In this document: one piece after another, positions 60,049 through 64,000 of the stretch
Position numbering within the stretch: the first letter of the stretch is position 1
Layout of the letters: each line of letters begins with the position of its first letter
Origin: Chiloscyllium plagiosum
Lineage: Eukaryota
NCBI RefSeq assembly: GCF_004010195.1
Contig: NC_057755.1
Location: forward strand, 8,683,685 to 8,747,684
Direction of reading: 5' to 3'
DNA length: 64,000 nucleotides
Notes under the pieces: model-generated
What the model saw: the letters and a program-made list of their open reading frames with translations, nothing else
Told to the model about the DNA's origin: nothing
Databases searched by the model: none
Made by a program: the position numbers and the translations under genes

Positions 60049-63000
60049 TTAACGTGTCTGACGTTCCCCACTCTTACACTTGCAAGAAGTGTGTCCAACT
60101 GCAGCTGTTGTTTGATCGCATGAAGGCTCTGGAGCTGAGGATGGAATCATTGTGGAGCATCCGCGATGCTGATGAGGTCGTTGACAGCACGATTAGTGAA
60201 CTTGTCACACCGCAGGTTGGGATTGCTGTAGGAAACAGTGAATAGGTAATCAAAAGACAGAAAAAGAGTAGGAAGGCAGGTGTCCCCTGCCGTCATCTCC
60301 CTCCAAAACAGGTATACTGTTTCGTTGGGGAAATAGGCTCACCAGGGGAGGGAAGCAAGCGTCAAGACCATGGCACCTTGGCGGGCTCTGCTGTTCAGAA
60401 GGGCGGAAAAAAGACTAGTAGGGCCATAGACATAGGGGATTCTATTGTGAGATGAGTAGACAGGCGGTTCTGTGGCCGAACACGGGACTCCCGGATGGTA
60501 TGTTGCCTCCCAGGTGCTCGGGTCAGGGAAATCTCTGATCGGCTGCCGAGCATTCTAAAAGGGGAGGGTGAACAGCCAGTTGTCTTGGTGCATATAGGCA
60601 CCAACGATATAAGTAGAAAGCGAGATGAGGTCCTGAAAGAAGAATTCAGGGAGCTACGAAACAAGTTAAAGGGGAGGACCTCAAAGGTAGTGATTTCGGG
60701 ATTACTGCCAGTGCCACGTGCTAGCCAGCGTAGAAATGAAAAAAAAAGGCAGGATGAACACGTGGCTTGAGAGATGGTGTAGGAGGCAAGGGTTCAGATT
60801 TGTTGGACATTGCAACCAGTTCTGGGGAAATTGGGACTATTAAAAAAGGGACGGCCTACATTTGAACCAGACCAGTACCAATGCCCTTGGGGGAGTTTTT
60901 GCTACTACTGTTGAGGAGATTTTAAACTAATGTGGCAGGGGACTGGAATCAAGAAGAGAAAACAGGTAGGCAGTGAGGTGGAGACTAGAGACTGTAAGAA
61001 TTATGAAGATAGCATTAATAAAGAGAAGAATACGCAGAGAGCACATGAGCACCAAATAACTGGTGGCCTGAAATGCATCTACTTTAATGCAAGGAATAGA
61101 GTGTGTAAGGCAGATGAACTTAGGGCTTGGATTGGTGCCTGGGAGTCTGACAATATTTCCATCACAGAGACTTGGTTAAAGGAAGCGCATGATGATTGGC
61201 AACTAAGTGTTCCAGGATATAGACGCTTCAGACAGGACAGGTAGGGAAGTAAAAGAGGGGGTGGAGTTGAATTGCTGGTCAGGGACGATATCACGTCTGT
61301 GTTAAAGGAGGACACCATGGCGGTCTTGGGTAGTGAGGCATTAGGGGTGGAGCTGAGAAATAAGAAGGGTGCAGTTACATTTTTGGGGCTGTATTACAGA
61401 CCTCCCAACAGTGACCGTGAGGTAGAAGAACAAATAGGTAAACAGATTATGAATAGATGTAGAGGCAATAAAGTAAGGGTGATAGGAGATTTTAATTTTC
61501 CCAACATTGACTGGGATAGACTTTGCGTCAGAGGTCTGGATGGAGTAGAATTTGGACGAAGCATCCAGAAGAGTTTTCTAGAGCAGTATGTCAATAGTCC
61601 GACGAGGGAAGGACCTGGTACTGGCAAACAAGCCAGGACAAGTGGTAGAAGTTGCGATGGGGCATTTCTTTAGGAACAGTGACCACACCTCTGTAAGTTT
61701 TAGAATACTCGTAGATAAAGAAGGGAAGAGTGCCAAACTGGGCCAAAGCCAATTTTATCAAAATTAGGCAGGAGCTGGGAAATGTGGATTTGACACAGCT
61801 ATTTGAAGGGAAATCCACATTTGAGATGTGGGAGGCTTTCCAAGATAGATTAAAAGTAGTGCAGGATAGGCATGTCCCATTCAAGGCAAAGGATATGCAG
61901 GGCAAGATTCGTGAACCGTGGATGACGGCAGAAATTGTGCGACTAGCCCAGAGGAAAAGGGAAGCGTACATAAGGTCTCGGCAGCTAAGAACAGAACGGG
62001 CACTGGTGGAATATTGGATGAGTAGGACAAGTCATAAACAAGGAATCAAGCGGGTGAAAAGTGGTCATGACATAGCTTTAGCAAGCAGAATTAAGGAAAA
62101 TCCCAAGGCATTTTATTCTTATATAAGAAGCAAGTGGCTAACTAGAGAAAATATTGGTCCACTAATAGATAATGAAGAAAGGCTGAGAGAATGAGTGAGA
62201 TTCTGAATGATTACTTTGCATCAGAGTTCACTGAGGAGAGGAACATGATGAATCTTGAGATTAGAGATAGAGGTTTGATTAGTCTGGATCACTTTGGCAT
62301 AAGTAGGAAGATGTGTTGGGTATGCTAGAGGTTATTAAGTTGGACAAATCTCAAGGACCGGATTATATCTATCCCAGGTTCTGAGGGAGGCGAGACAGGA
62401 AATAGCTAGGGCCCTGACAGATATCTTTATGGCATCCTTAAATACAGGTGAGGTGCTGGAGGACTGGAGGGTAGCTTATGTTGTCCCCCTGTAAGAAGGA
62501 TAGTAGGGATATTCCGGGTAACTACAGACCAGTGAGTCTGACGTCGGTAGTGGGGAAGTTGCTGGAGATGATACTAAGAGATAGGATCTTCTTATATTTA
62601 GAAAAGAATGAGCTTATCCGTGATAGGCAACATGGTTTTGGGCAGGGGAGGTCGTGCCTTACCAACTTAATAGAGTTCTTCGAAGAAGTGACCAAGTTGT
62701 TCGATGAAGGAAGGGCTGTTGATGTCATATACGTGGACTTTAGTAAGGCGTTTGATAATGTTCCACATTGTAGACTAATGGAAAAAGTGAAGTCACATGG
62801 TGAGCAGGGTGTTCTCGCTAGGTGGATAAAGAACTGGTTGAGCAACAGGAGACAGAGAGTAGTAGTTGAAGGGAGTTTCTTGAAATGGAGAAAGGTGACC
62901 AGTGGTGTTCCACAGGGGTCAGCATTGGGTCCATTGTTGTTTGTAATATACATAAATGATCTAGAAAAGGGCACTGTTGGTACAATCTGGAAGTTTGCAG

Positions 63001-63911
63001 CATGATTGGTGGAGTAGCAGAAAGAAAAAGGGACTGTCAGAGAATACAGGAGGATATAGATAGACTGGAGAGTTGGGCAGAAAAGTGGCAGATGGCTTTT
63101 AATCCAGACAAATGAGTGGTGATGCATTTATGCATCGAGAGCGAATTATACAATGAATGGAAGAGCCTTGGGAAATTTGATGGACAGAGAGATCTGGGAG
63201 TGCAAGTCCATTGTACCCTAAAGGTTGCTGCACAGGTGGATAGAGTGGTCAAGAAGGCATATAGTATGCTTGCCTTAATTGGACGTGGTATTGAGTATAA
63301 GAGCTGGCAATTCATGTTAAAATTTTACAAGACATTGGTTCAGCATTTAGAATATTGTGTACAGTTCAAGTCGCCACATAACCAAAAGGATGTGGACACT
63401 TTGGAGAGGGTGCAGAGAATGTTTACGAGGATGTTGCCTGGTAGGAATGTGCTAGCTATGAAGAGAGGTTGAGTAGGTTAGCTTTATTTTCACTATAAAT
63501 GAAGGAGATTGGGGGGTGGGGGGGAGGGGGGGGTACCTGATTGAGGTTTACAAATTTATGAAGGGTATAGACAGGGTGGATTGAGACAATTTTTTTCCCA
63601 GGGTGAAGGATCAACAACCAGAGGTCATTCTTTCAAGGTGAGGGGTGGAATGTTTAAGGGGGATACACACGGCAAGTATTTCACACAGAGGATGGTGGGC
63701 ATTTGGAGCGCATTGCCAGCAGAGGTGGTAGAGGCAGGCACAGTAGATTAATATAAGATGCGTCTGGACATATGCATGAGTAGGTGGGCAGCAGAGGGAT
63801 ACATATGCTGAGGAATTGACCAAAAGGTTTGGAAGTACATTTGGATCTGCTCAGATTTGAAGGGCCGAAGGGCCTGTTCCTAGACTGTAAATTTTCTTTG
63901 TTCTTTGTTCT
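60049..63911 (+). mobile_element. Near full-length CR1 LINE (ORF1 with SGNH esterase, ORF2 EN-RT), degenerate
   Basis: CKKCVQLQLL, CLPGARV..VLVHIGTND (ORF1); [34 protein letters not shown] (ORF2); (TTCTTTG)n tail; AACA on both flanks. Confidence 0.93.
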
Positions 63912-64000
63912 AACAGAAACCAGACGACCATGATGCTGTGAAACCAGGAGTAATGTAGTCCAACAGATAAGGACGAGAATTCTGTACTTGTCCAGCTGCC
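63912..64000 (-). pseudogene. Continuation of GPCR pseudogene 4 (ECL2 to TM5), running off the window
   Basis: SWTSTEFSSLSVGLHYSWFHSIMVVWFL joins in frame to FALIILLN once the CR1 is removed. Confidence 0.78.

Overview
Eukaryotic, repeat-dense window from a cartilaginous fish, most likely a shark. The assignment rests on HE1-type V-SINEs, HER1/CR1 LINEs and a family of GPR139-like receptors. The host-gene content is a minus-strand tandem cluster of class A GPCR genes. One two-exon gene is intact (exon 1 27504-27573, exon 2 20758-21662, 324 aa). Two close paralogues are pseudogenes (6139-7345 and 37331-44834), and a more divergent pseudogene (59638-64000) is split by a near full-length CR1. 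The three close paralogues sit in ~15-17 kb duplicated units whose boundaries carry the same internally deleted Gypsy LTR element. The rest is nested transposons: CR1/HER1, a full-length Tx1-clade LINE, L1, Rex1/Babar, Penelope-like elements, a Gmr1-type Gypsy (PR-INT-RT-RH order), solo LTRs, a Tigger-like MITE and HE1 SINEs. Two patterns stand out. Tx1-type poly(A)-tailed insertions recur at one site, the TATAAACAGGAGGGT motif of the Gypsy LTR, with empty, filled and multiply stacked copies all present. The Penelope termini carry a minimal hammerhead-ribozyme motif, often in inverted (hairpin) arrangements. Family assignments come from recognising motifs by eye, and boundaries of old repeats are approximate.
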